Source of the DNA: a virus | DNA: 64,000 nucleotides | Reading direction: 5' to 3' (one strand) | IMG/VR virus record: IMGVR_UViG_3300048088_000314 | Coordinates: 1-64,000 of that record | Shown here: piece by piece, positions 54,454-63,544 of the stretch | Numbering within the stretch: the first letter of the stretch is position 1 | Layout: the number at the start of each line of letters is the position of its first letter | The notes under the pieces: model-generated | Told to the model about the DNA's origin: nothing | What the model saw: the letters and a program-made list of their open reading frames with translations, nothing else | Database searches by the model: none | Translations under genes and position numbers: made by a program

Positions 54454-55391
54454 GGGTTGATTGGGTACGCTGTGCGCTGTGCGGCTCAACGGAAAGCAAA
54501 CCAATCGCCGCAGGGACTGACCGCGAATATCGCACGACGATCGAGCACTTTTGCGCCGTGGCCTGCGCTGGGTGCGGGTTCGTCTATCTCAATCCCCGCC
54601 CGGCCGAGTGCGAGCTCGGCACGATCTATCCAAAGACCTACCACTCCTACGTGATCGGCGATGGCCTGACCGCGAAGATGCGCCGCATGGCGGGACGCTG
54701 GCGCATGGCACGCGCGCTCGGCCACTACTACCCCAAGAGGCCGAGGCTGCTCGACATCGGCTGCGGCAACGGCTGGCTGCTCGACGTGTTCAAAGACCTT
54801 CGCCCCGACATGGTCACGGCAGGCGTCGACATTGACGAACAAGCCTGTCGCGCAGCGAGGGAACGAGGCCACCTGGCCCATACCGGGCGCTTCGAGGACA
54901 TCGACTGGCAGGGGCACTACGACATCATCAACCTGACCCACGTCATCGAGCATCTCTCTGATCCGGTCGCCGTGATGCGCCGGGCGGCGGGACTTCTGAG
55001 CACCGGCGGGATCATGGTGATCGAGACCCCCAACATCGGCGCACTCGATCATCGCTGGTTCCGAAATACATGGGGAGCTTATCACTTCCCCCGGCACTGG
55101 AGCTTCTTCGACGCCGAGCATCTGGACCGCGCCGCGGCCGATTGCGGCCTCGAGAGGGCTGACCTCTACTACCTGCCGGCTCCCACCCACTGGGTGTGGA
55201 CCCTCCACAATCTCACCGGCTGGTGGCTGTTCGACCCGACCGCGATCTTCAAGGCCAAGCTGTGGCCGGCGGTCCTGCTGGCGGGGTTCTATCTCCTTGA
55301 CCGCCTCATCCTGGCTTGCGGCGCACAGACGTCGGTGATGACAGCGGTCTACCGACTCCGCGCGGAGTCGGTGCCCAAAATTCAAGGCTAG
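54450..55391 (+). CDS. class I SAM-dependent methyltransferase with N-terminal Zn ribbon
   Basis: CALC..CAGCG; LLDIGCGNG; HVIEHL. Confidence 0.9.
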   Translation: MRVDWVRCALCGSTESKPIAAGTDREYRTTIEHFCAVACAGCGFVYLNPRPAECELGTIYPKTYHSYVIGDGLTAKMRRMAGRWRMARALGHYYPKRPRLLDIGCGNGWLLDVFKDLRPDMVTAGVDIDEQACRAARERGHLAHTGRFEDIDWQGHYDIINLTHVIEHLSDPVAVMRRAAGLLSTGGIMVIETPNIGALDHRWFRNTWGAYHFPRHWSFFDAEHLDRAAADCGLERADLYYLPAPTHWVWTLHNLTGWWLFDPTAIFKAKLWPAVLLAGFYLLDRLILACGAQTSVMTAVYRLRAESVPKIQG

Positions 55392-55453
55392 GAAAGAACA
55401 CCGCGCGTCTGTACAATCTCCCCACCTATGGGCCTATGGCTGGGGGCAGGGAC

Positions 55454-55858
55454 ATGAAGCGGAATTTCTCCTTGGGCGTTCTGTTGGCGGCCCTGGTCGC
55501 ATTGGCTCTGCCGACCTCGGCCTTCGCGCAGGCAGGCGCGGCGTGCCCGATCGCCACGCAATCGCCGGTCGTTAGCGCGGCCTCGACCTACACGCTGAAG
55601 GCATCCGACAACTGCAAGACGCTCGTGTTCACCGCGGCGTCGGTGGCGATCACCATGCCGAATGCGCCCGTGACCTTTCCGCCCGGCTGGCGGGTGTGGC
55701 TGAAGGCGACCGGGGCCAACGGCATCTACACGACGCCGACGACCTCGCTGCTCGACGGCGCCTCGAGCCAGTTGCACATCACCCAGGGCTTCGGGTGCCA
55801 GTTGAACTCCGACGCCGTCAATATGTATTCGATCGGCTGCGGCGTCGCCCACCCGTAG
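55454..55858 (+). CDS. secreted/virion-like small beta protein
   Basis: Signal peptide ending AFA; YTLKASDN..ITMP fibre-type motif. Confidence 0.6.
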   Translation: MKRNFSLGVLLAALVALALPTSAFAQAGAACPIATQSPVVSAASTYTLKASDNCKTLVFTAASVAITMPNAPVTFPPGWRVWLKATGANGIYTTPTTSLLDGASSQLHITQGFGCQLNSDAVNMYSIGCGVAHP

Positions 55859-55951
55859 CACGAGAAGCTCGGCGGGGCGGCTTTTCGGCCTGATCCGGCG
55901 GTCGTCCCTTTGATCGTCTCCCGCGTGGAGACGCAGTGCGGGAGACGATCG

Positions 55952-56920
55952 ATGAGGCTGCGCTTCCTTCTTGGGGTCATCGCTGTTGCGGCGGCTCTAT
56001 TTGGACCATCGGCTCTGCGAGCGGAGCCGAGCCCGGTAACGGCTTATCCGCCGGGCTGGACGCAGATCGGTGCGCCGGCATCCCTATCCGTCTCGAACAG
56101 CACTGGCAATGTTAAGCTAGGCTGGGTAGGCGTTCAGGCGCAGGCTCCACAAAATGCGTGGGTTTGCAATACCGGAGCGAACACCGCTTACGTCGCCTTT
56201 GGTGCCGCAAGCACGGTCGTGGCAACGGCATCGAATTTTGCGATATCGGGCGGCGGCTCCTGCGTTTTGCTTGCCCTTAACGGTGCCTCTTATATTGCGG
56301 GCATCACCGCTGGTTCAACAACGACACTTTCGGTCCTCACCGGCGACGGAACCCCACCGAGCAGTCTGTCTTCGGGAAGCTCTCCCCCGATAATCGGGAC
56401 AGTTGCTATCGACCAAGCGATACCCGGGTCGACGAACCTCGTCTCGGCCGGTTTCTCGCAGCAGGTCGCCAGCACCCCGGTTGTCCAGAACGCGCAATAT
56501 GTCTCCGGCAACTGCATCGGCGGGTTCAACGCGATCACGGTCGCGGTCAACAACGGGCAGTCGGGCTTCGTCACCCATTTCCGCGTTGCCTCGCTCGGCG
56601 GCTCGATCCCGACGCTGACGATCTACCTGTTCTCGTCGAATCCGTCTGCCTCGACCTGCACGGACAAATCCACGTTTACGCTCGCCGCGGCGGACGTGGA
56701 TAAGCTGATCGTATCGCCGACGGCGATCACGCTGGCCGCCCCGACCGGCACGTCGGTCACGTTTGGCGCGACCGAGTTCACCCCGCCGCGGGCATTTATC
56801 GCCGGCGGCTCGACCGGCAGCGGCGTCGCGACGATCTACTACGGACTGGTCAGCGGCACGACCTTTACCCCGGCCACGGTCTCGGACCTGCACACGCGCA
56901 CCGGCGTGGTGCTGAATTAA
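55952..56920 (+). CDS. secreted/virion-like beta protein
   Basis: Signal peptide; Ser/Thr/Gly-rich. Confidence 0.6.
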   Translation: MRLRFLLGVIAVAAALFGPSALRAEPSPVTAYPPGWTQIGAPASLSVSNSTGNVKLGWVGVQAQAPQNAWVCNTGANTAYVAFGAASTVVATASNFAISGGGSCVLLALNGASYIAGITAGSTTTLSVLTGDGTPPSSLSSGSSPPIIGTVAIDQAIPGSTNLVSAGFSQQVASTPVVQNAQYVSGNCIGGFNAITVAVNNGQSGFVTHFRVASLGGSIPTLTIYLFSSNPSASTCTDKSTFTLAAADVDKLIVSPTAITLAAPTGTSVTFGATEFTPPRAFIAGGSTGSGVATIYYGLVSGTTFTPATVSDLHTRTGVVLN

Positions 56921-56921
56921 G

Positions 56922-58331
56922 ATGCGCCGCATCGGTTGGTGGCTTCTTGCCGGACTGCTCGCCTGCCTGCCGCTGGTCGACCGCGCCGCCGCGGTCACCC
57001 CGACGCAGCAGGCGGTCCTGTTCACCGCGCCGTGCCCGGCCTTCGTGCCGCGCGTCGCCGGGGTCTGCGCCTCGCCGTTCGCCAACTTCGCGACGGGCCA
57101 GTACTTCTACAACCACGTCTCGACCAACAGCTTCTCCGGATGGCTTTCTGCGCTCAGTGGAACCTTCGCCCGCGCCGACGCCACGTCGCCGATCGCCAGC
57201 TACGTCAACTCCGCCGGCCTGATCGCCTTCGCCGGGGCCAACGTCCCGCGCTTTACCTACGATCCGGTGACGTTGCAGCCGCAGGGCATCCTGCTGGAAG
57301 GGTCGCGGCAGAATATTGCCCTTTCCAGCGGAGATATACGCAGCGCCACTGCCGAAGGAAACTCCATCACCGCTTGGACCGCGCAAGCAACGACAGCAGT
57401 ACTTGCGGCGGCTGGGACCGCCCCGGACGGTGTAAGTGCCGCAACGATAGTTACAGCAACCGCTGGAACTGGGGATCATGAGCGGTTCCAGTCGATCGCC
57501 AATACCAACGTCGCACTTGGTTACTCGATCTTCGCCAAGAAGGGCACCGCTAATTGGGTTGGCATCTGGGCGAACGTTTCGACGACGGGCGCTTATTTTA
57601 ACCTTGCCACGGGTGCGGTCGGAACCATCGGCGGGTCTGCCACCAGTGCGTCAATTCAGGCATACCCGAACGGGTGGTATAGGCTTACGGTCGTTGCGAC
57701 GGTGCCAGCCAACCGGGCGTGGACCATTATGCCCGCAACGGTAGACAATCAAGCGTTCAACTGGAACGCCGCCGGGACCGAGAACATTCTCGTCTGGGGC
57801 GCAGATGTAGAAATCGGCTCCTTCCCCTCGTCCTACATCCCGACGACCACCGTGGCGGTGACGCGGGCGGCGGATGTTTTCCGCCTTGGGTTGACCGGTA
57901 TGGTTAACCTGGCCGGATTTACTTATTTCTTGCAGGCGGACCCATCACAGGGCGTTTCTCAGGAACTCTTATGGTCCGGAGAGCCTGGCGCGAACGACAC
58001 CACGGAAGCATTTAACTCTACCGGATCGGTGTATCAGTCGTTCCTTTATGCGTCGGGGGGAACCGTCCACGCTGATGTCACCGCCGGGTCGCCGTCAACC
58101 ATAAAGCTCGCGCAAGCATTCAGTAATGTTGATCTTTCGGTTCGCGCAAGCGTAAATGGCTCTGCTGTGGCGAGCGCGTCGTCTAGTGGTACACTAAAGG
58201 CGGTCACAGACATGACCGTTGGAGCTTTCAGAACGAACGCCACGAACAACTATTTTGGTAAATTTCAGCAGTTAGGGATTTTCCCTTCAATGGCGATCCC
58301 GAATGCCGACCTGCAGCGGCTGACGCAGTGA
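56922..58331 (+). CDS. fibre/head-spike-like lectin-type protein with signal peptide
   Basis: PRFTYDP..GILLEGSRQN; NGWYRL; SSYIPTTTVAVTRAAD. Confidence 0.7.
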   Translation: MRRIGWWLLAGLLACLPLVDRAAAVTPTQQAVLFTAPCPAFVPRVAGVCASPFANFATGQYFYNHVSTNSFSGWLSALSGTFARADATSPIASYVNSAGLIAFAGANVPRFTYDPVTLQPQGILLEGSRQNIALSSGDIRSATAEGNSITAWTAQATTAVLAAAGTAPDGVSAATIVTATAGTGDHERFQSIANTNVALGYSIFAKKGTANWVGIWANVSTTGAYFNLATGAVGTIGGSATSASIQAYPNGWYRLTVVATVPANRAWTIMPATVDNQAFNWNAAGTENILVWGADVEIGSFPSSYIPTTTVAVTRAADVFRLGLTGMVNLAGFTYFLQADPSQGVSQELLWSGEPGANDTTEAFNSTGSVYQSFLYASGGTVHADVTAGSPSTIKLAQAFSNVDLSVRASVNGSAVASASSSGTLKAVTDMTVGAFRTNATNNYFGKFQQLGIFPSMAIPNADLQRLTQ

Positions 58332-58357
58332 TGCCCTGCTATCTCGGGGAGAAGCTG

Positions 58358-58855
58358 ATGTTCGTCTACGCGGCGTCCCTTGTGCTGCTTGCGTTTGCCC
58401 TCTCCGGCTGCGGCACGACGCCGCTTGCTCGTATCGCCTACATGCCACCCGACGAGTTCTTGCGGCCGTTCAACGGCACGGTGGTGGTCATGCCGCAAGA
58501 CCCCAACTCTCCTAATGTGTCGTCAGCGGAGACGAAACCGACGCTTGGGACGTGCATCATCCGACTCCCGGCGGGACACACCGTTCCAGGCATAGCGGCC
58601 CCCGCTGCGCCGACGACGATGCTGTTTGAGCCGTCCGTTGCTCCGTCTCAGGGCGCGTGGCGGATCAACGATGAGCTGCGCCGTGGCCTGTTCCTGATCG
58701 AGCTTGGCGGCTGCAATGGGGCGATCGACGTGAACGCGGACCCACAGCGGCGGATCGTTCCGGCCGGCTACGAGCGCACGCTGGCCTCGCGCGACTGGAC
58801 GCCGGTCTACGAGCGCCTGGCTGCGACGGCCAAGTGGGTCGGGGTGGCTCCATAA
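58358..58855 (+). CDS. putative lipoprotein
   Basis: Lipobox LSGC. Confidence 0.6.
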   Translation: MFVYAASLVLLAFALSGCGTTPLARIAYMPPDEFLRPFNGTVVVMPQDPNSPNVSSAETKPTLGTCIIRLPAGHTVPGIAAPAAPTTMLFEPSVAPSQGAWRINDELRRGLFLIELGGCNGAIDVNADPQRRIVPAGYERTLASRDWTPVYERLAATAKWVGVAP

Positions 58856-59874
58856 CCGCCGCGATTCTAGCATTTGCCGCATCGGTAGCCTTCTGGCCGG
58901 GCCTTATCTCGGCGGCGGTGGCGCCGCGCTGGGCGCTGCTCGCCGTTGGTCTTCCTCTCGTATCCTGGCTTGACCCTCGCGCTCTCGGGATGGTGCCGCT
59001 TCTGCTGATGGCGGGGTTTCTCGCCTACGCCGGGATGTCGCTGGCCTGGGCACCGGATCGGCTAACGGGATTCAACGACCTTCTGCACCTGCTGGTGTTT
59101 GCCGCGGCGGTCCTGCTCGGAGCAAATCTCACCGAGGTCGACAAGGTGCTGCGCGCCGCGGGATGGGGAATCGGGATCTCGAGCGCGGTGGTGATCGCGC
59201 AGTTCTTCGGATGGTCGGCTATCCCGCAGGCGTCGATCCCGGCCGGCCTGTTCTTCAATCGGGACATCCTGGCCGAGGTTGCGGCGGTGGTTTTCGTTTG
59301 GGCGGTCCTCAGCCGGCAGATCCCGCTCGCGATCGTGCTGGCGATCCCGCTGGCTTTCTGCGGTTCCCGGGTGGCGCTGATGGCGGCAGGGGTTGGTCTT
59401 GTAATGGGCCTGCCGCGGCGCTGGGCGCTCCTGGGAGGGGCATTAGCCATCGCGGCCACGATCTGGGTCTCGATCTATTTCCAGCACAAGCTGACGAGCG
59501 TTGGCGAGCGCCTGGACATCTGGCAAGCCGCTCTCTCGGGTCTGTCGATCGCCGGCCGCGGTATCGGGTCCTTTACCGCCGATCATCCTGGGTGGGAATA
59601 TGTCCACAGCGATCTCCTCCAGTACGCCTACGAACTCGGGGTCGGCGCGATCCTCCTCGCGGCCTTTGCTGCCTACGCGGCGTGGCGATCCCCTCCTGGA
59701 CCTCTGCGCGCCGTGGCCGTTACCTTGGGTGCCGAGGCTGCCATTGCCTTCCCCTTTCATGTTCCGCTTGCGGTTCTCCTGGCTGGCGTGGTGGCGGGTT
59801 TTATGGCTCGCAGGGGGCCTCGCCTACGCATGGAGCAGCCTGTCGGCGGAGGTTCACCTAGCTTCGCTGTTTGA
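58834..59874 (+). CDS. O-antigen ligase/Wzy_C-like membrane protein
   Basis: GLFFNRD..SRVAL..ERLDIWQ..GRGIGSF..HSDLLQYAYELG. Confidence 0.8.
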   Translation: MGRGGSITAAILAFAASVAFWPGLISAAVAPRWALLAVGLPLVSWLDPRALGMVPLLLMAGFLAYAGMSLAWAPDRLTGFNDLLHLLVFAAAVLLGANLTEVDKVLRAAGWGIGISSAVVIAQFFGWSAIPQASIPAGLFFNRDILAEVAAVVFVWAVLSRQIPLAIVLAIPLAFCGSRVALMAAGVGLVMGLPRRWALLGGALAIAATIWVSIYFQHKLTSVGERLDIWQAALSGLSIAGRGIGSFTADHPGWEYVHSDLLQYAYELGVGAILLAAFAAYAAWRSPPGPLRAVAVTLGAEAAIAFPFHVPLAVLLAGVVAGFMARRGPRLRMEQPVGGGSPSFAV

Positions 59875-60025
59875 CGGCCATGAGCGCACCGGAGAGGAAG
59901 TGATGGGCATCGCCACCGACGCGGTGAGCCGGTTTCCCTTCGATCCCCACCTGCGGGACGTCCTGACGCAGCTTGCCCAGATGGTGGGTGCGGCAACCCG
60001 TGGAGATTCCACAGGGAAGTGGTAA
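59759..60025 (+). CDS. small membrane protein, or frameshifted C-terminus of the ligase-like gene
   Basis: Overlapping ORF with TM segment. Confidence 0.35.
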   Translation: MFRLRFSWLAWWRVLWLAGGLAYAWSSLSAEVHLASLFDGHERTGEEVMGIATDAVSRFPFDPHLRDVLTQLAQMVGAATRGDSTGKW

Positions 60026-60062
60026 TCTAAGCTTATGTGGTTGTCACGAATGAGGTAGGCGG

Positions 60063-60260
60063 ATGGAGCATCCGCCGCTGACCGTGATCTGCACGATGTG
60101 CGGTGGAAAGGGAACTTTGGCCCGCTTGCCGGGGAAGACAATGGACAACCAGCCGGTAGGAGAAGTGCCGATTACGCGCTCCGAATTGTACCCCCAGGTC
60201 TGCGAGAAATGCTCAGGGAGCGGGCTGGTGGCGGCTCCGCTAGTGCCGGATTCGGATTGA
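60063..60260 (+). CDS. small Zn-finger protein (DnaJ-like CxxCxGxG repeats)
   Basis: CTMCGGKG and CEKCSGSG. Confidence 0.6.
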   Translation: MEHPPLTVICTMCGGKGTLARLPGKTMDNQPVGEVPITRSELYPQVCEKCSGSGLVAAPLVPDSD

Positions 60261-60520
60261 GTAATGTGGATTGGGAAACCGTCCTCTCGCTTGGTGCGCT
60301 CAGCGTCGCTGTGTTAGCGGCGCTGTCGAGGGTGTTGGATAAGTCTCTTTCGATCCGGGAACACAATGAGTTCAAGGATCGCGTGATCAAACTGATCGAC
60401 GACAACCTGGGGCGGGTTGAGCGCGAGCTTGACAAGCTGGAAGATCGTCTCAAGGTCATAGAGCAGACGCGCCCGACGACGGGGGAACTAGAAGCGCGGC
60501 TGGGGAAAAGGAACAACTGA
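60257..60520 (+). CDS. holin-like membrane protein with coiled coil
   Basis: One TM segment; directly upstream of endolysin. Confidence 0.5.
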   Translation: MSNVDWETVLSLGALSVAVLAALSRVLDKSLSIREHNEFKDRVIKLIDDNLGRVERELDKLEDRLKVIEQTRPTTGELEARLGKRNN

Positions 60521-60521
60521 G

Positions 60522-61391
60522 ATGGTCGAATTTGCGGGACCGGCGACTCTGCTCACGCCGATGGATTTTGTTGTCGAGGCGGCGCTGATAAAGGTCGACG
60601 CCGCGACAGTCCATGCCGTGAGGGATGTCGAGTCCGGCGGCCGCTCGTTCCTGCCCGATGGCCGCCCGGTGATCCTCTTCGAGGCGCACGTCTTCGGCCG
60701 CCTGACGCATCATCAGTGGGATGGGAGCCACCCCAACATCTCGGCACCGTCCTGGGACCGCTCGCTGTACGGCGCCGGCGGTGCGCACCAGTACGACCGC
60801 CTGGCAGAGGCCATCGCCCTTGACCGCGAGGCGGCGTTGCAGAGTGCCTCCTGGGGCGCCTTCCAGATCCTCGGTCTGAACTTCAAGTCGTGCGGCTTCA
60901 ACGACGTCGAGGCCTACGTCGCGGCGATGGTGCAGGGCGAGCGGCAGCAGCTTGACGCCTTCGTGGCGTTCTGCAGCGCCGCCAACCTCACTCGTTTCCT
61001 GCGGGCCCATGACTGGGCCAATTTCGCCGAGGGCTACAACGGCCCGGGCTACGCGGAAAACGCATACGATCGCAAGCTCCAGGCGGCCTGGACGAAATGG
61101 CTGGTGATGGAGGGCCCGGCCGGATCGCCGCAGCCGCCAGCCAACCCAGCGCCGCGGACTCTGCCCGAGCACCACTATGCGACGCTGCAAGAGGGGTCGA
61201 AGGGCGACGAGGTCCGCACGATGCAGCAGTACCTGCACGATCACGGCTATCCCAATCTCGAGGTCGACGGCATCTTCGGCGAAGAAACTGCGGATGCGGT
61301 GGTCGATGTGCAGGTCGCGAACGACCTGTCTGCCGACGCGATCGTTGGCCCAGCTACGCGCCCGTTTGTCGGGCTAGGAGAAGCACAATGA
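60522..61391 (+). CDS. endolysin: N-acetylmuramidase (DUF3380) plus peptidoglycan-binding domain
   Basis: VESGG..ILFEAHVF..SASWGAFQILG..FAEGYNG; VDGIFGEET. Confidence 0.92.
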   Translation: MVEFAGPATLLTPMDFVVEAALIKVDAATVHAVRDVESGGRSFLPDGRPVILFEAHVFGRLTHHQWDGSHPNISAPSWDRSLYGAGGAHQYDRLAEAIALDREAALQSASWGAFQILGLNFKSCGFNDVEAYVAAMVQGERQQLDAFVAFCSAANLTRFLRAHDWANFAEGYNGPGYAENAYDRKLQAAWTKWLVMEGPAGSPQPPANPAPRTLPEHHYATLQEGSKGDEVRTMQQYLHDHGYPNLEVDGIFGEETADAVVDVQVANDLSADAIVGPATRPFVGLGEAQ

Positions 61392-62485
61392 TTTCCTTAG
61401 AGGTAGCCGCCAAGGTCGCGCAAGCCTTTCACCAGAGCGCGGCCCCGAGCCCGAATGCGTTGGCGCTATACTACGATCACTCCCTCTCAGCCGAGGCCGC
61501 TGCTCGGCTGAAGGTATGGGACGAGCAACCGGAAGCGCCACGAGCGCTAGAGGACTTGCGGCGGCTTCTCCTGCCGGGCCTGCTGATGGTCGAACAACGG
61601 TTCCTGGACATTCCCCGTCAATGGCCGAGCATCTATCGCCGCTCGCGTGGGACTTTTAACCCGGAGCGCGTGGTCGAGATGCGTTACACGGGTCTAGCCC
61701 AGCTACGGTCACCGGGGTCTCCGACGATCTTCGACAACGCTGTTGGCGAGCGTTTCGTCTACAACATCCCTCGAAACGATCTCGCGCTCGCCACCACGCT
61801 GGCCTCCGATCTCGCGCGCTCGTCAGCGGCAGGCACCTTGGATAAGGCAGGATTCGAGATCATTGCAGCTTTGGCGCATAGCCTGGCCGAGGCGTTCAGA
61901 ATCAGCGAGGAAATCCTCCACGCCAACGTGCTCAATACCGGCACCGTCTATAATCCGGGGGTCATGGGTGACGTCGTTCCACTCTTCTCGAATGCCCACC
62001 CGATCGATACGGGGCACTACTCCAACCTGATGGACGCGCCGTTGAGCATGGCCTCCCTGGAACAGGCCATCGAGCTTATGGCGGCGATGCCAGACCAAGC
62101 GGGGAATCCGAAAAAGGCCACGCCCAAAATCTTGGTCGTGCCGATCGCCTTGCAATTTAAGGCGGTGCGATTGATGCACCAGATCGCAGACGAGGTCGGC
62201 GAGGAGCGGCGCGGCCGCTACCCGAGCGAATATGCAGTGCTCGATTACCTATCGAGCCCCGATGCGTGGTTCGTGAAGACGAGCATTCACGGACTGGCGA
62301 GCATGGAATGGGCCCCCTTCCGGCTCGATCTGAAAATCGAGGGCGATGGTCTCGTCTTGGAGGGGGCGCAATCCTATACCGCGGGCTATTACAACCCGCG
62401 CGCTTGCGTCGGGAGTTTCCCCACGCCAGCGGCGCTGGATGCCGCCCGTGAGCCGATCGCTCATTTGGTGCGCCAGCATCAGTGA
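61388..62485 (+). CDS. second major capsid protein paralogue
   Basis: Shares IPRQW, EMRYTGLAQL, TIFDNA.GERFVY, EEILHAN.LNTGT, DYLSSP and NPR..GSFP with the MCP. Confidence 0.85.
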   Translation: MISLEVAAKVAQAFHQSAAPSPNALALYYDHSLSAEAAARLKVWDEQPEAPRALEDLRRLLLPGLLMVEQRFLDIPRQWPSIYRRSRGTFNPERVVEMRYTGLAQLRSPGSPTIFDNAVGERFVYNIPRNDLALATTLASDLARSSAAGTLDKAGFEIIAALAHSLAEAFRISEEILHANVLNTGTVYNPGVMGDVVPLFSNAHPIDTGHYSNLMDAPLSMASLEQAIELMAAMPDQAGNPKKATPKILVVPIALQFKAVRLMHQIADEVGEERRGRYPSEYAVLDYLSSPDAWFVKTSIHGLASMEWAPFRLDLKIEGDGLVLEGAQSYTAGYYNPRACVGSFPTPAALDAAREPIAHLVRQHQ

Positions 62486-62548
62486 GCGTCTCCCTCGACA
62501 ACCGGAAGGTGTAGGCGTACAGGTAATCCCCGCTTAGGGGAGAGGCGC

Positions 62549-62833
62549 ATGAATCCGATTTCGCCGAAAGCCTACGTTGGCGGCGCTGCAGTGACGCTGG
62601 CGGCACCGATTGTTGGTCTGATCGTCTATTTCGGCCACATGGCACCGCCGCCTGACGTTTTGGCGGATATGACGGCCGTGTTGGGGGCTGGGCTGGGATT
62701 TCTCGGCGCGTTTCTCGCACCGCACTTCCCGGCCGCGGCTCAGAACGGCAATGATGCGCAACAGCCCGCACCACCGCCGGCCCCGCCGCCACCACAAGCA
62801 ATCATCGAACCTGTCCCACAAGGAGCCGCCTGA
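62549..62833 (+). CDS. holin-like 2-TM protein
   Basis: Two hydrophobic helices, Pro-rich tail. Confidence 0.55.
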   Translation: MNPISPKAYVGGAAVTLAAPIVGLIVYFGHMAPPPDVLADMTAVLGAGLGFLGAFLAPHFPAAAQNGNDAQQPAPPPAPPPPQAIIEPVPQGAA

Positions 62834-63369
62834 TGATCACCCGCCGCAACCTTCTCCGCACGACCGCCTGGCTTCCGATCGGCTTCGTCGTCGCTGGCTG
62901 CGCCGGCACTACGGGAAGCACGGGCACCACGACCGATCCTGGCGTGCTCCAGCGCGTGATCCAGTACGGCCAGGGCGTCGCTGGAGCCTTTACCGCGATC
63001 CTGCCGACCCTGCAGGCATTGCCCGGCGTCGGTGGTTCCAGCGTGCTCAGCACCCTCGTCTCGGTCGTTGGCGAGGCCGTCAAGGTGCTGCCGACCGTCG
63101 CCTCGATTGCCGGCGCGGCCAACCCCATCTCGGCCATCTTCGGCGCGCTCCCACAGATCGCCGCGCTGGTCGGCAGCGTGGGCAACCTGCCGCCCAACGT
63201 GCAGATGTGGATCAACGCCACGGCATCTCTAGCTCAGGTCGTCGGCCCGCTGGTCGGCCTCGCGCTCACGCTGGCGGCGCCTGCGCCCGGCGTCGTCATG
63301 GCCGCACCGACCGCGCACCCCGACGAGCAGGTCGCGTACCTGCAACTGCTGGCGCTGCAGCGGCGATAA
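62833..63369 (+). CDS. lipoprotein with Tat-like leader
   Basis: TRRNLL...VAGC. Confidence 0.6.
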   Translation: MITRRNLLRTTAWLPIGFVVAGCAGTTGSTGTTTDPGVLQRVIQYGQGVAGAFTAILPTLQALPGVGGSSVLSTLVSVVGEAVKVLPTVASIAGAANPISAIFGALPQIAALVGSVGNLPPNVQMWINATASLAQVVGPLVGLALTLAAPAPGVVMAAPTAHPDEQVAYLQLLALQRR

Positions 63370-63382
63370 AGCAATGGTCAGC

Positions 63383-63544
63383 ATGACCGATTGGGAACCG
63401 TGGTTTGCATGGCGTCCCGTCTATTGCCGATACGGACGCCGTCAGGGTCTTGCGTGGCTGTGCTGGGTCGAGCGCGCATGGCGTGACGATTTCGGGACGC
63501 ACATCGGCCCCGAGCGCGCCTTCAGAATGCCGAGGGCACCCTAG
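63383..63544 (+). CDS. small Trp-rich phage protein
   Basis: Read manually; WFAWRPV..WLCWVER motif. Confidence 0.55.
   Translation: MTDWEPWFAWRPVYCRYGRRQGLAWLCWVERAWRDDFGTHIGPERAFRMPRAP

Larger units (their letters stand above)
519..55369. repeat. dispersed 16-bp palindrome GACTCCGCGCGGAGTC
   Basis: Perfect copies at 519, 8531, 12189, 18164, 24471, 35041, 39456, 51633, 55354; partial copies at 8602, 26633, 47094. Confidence 0.9.
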
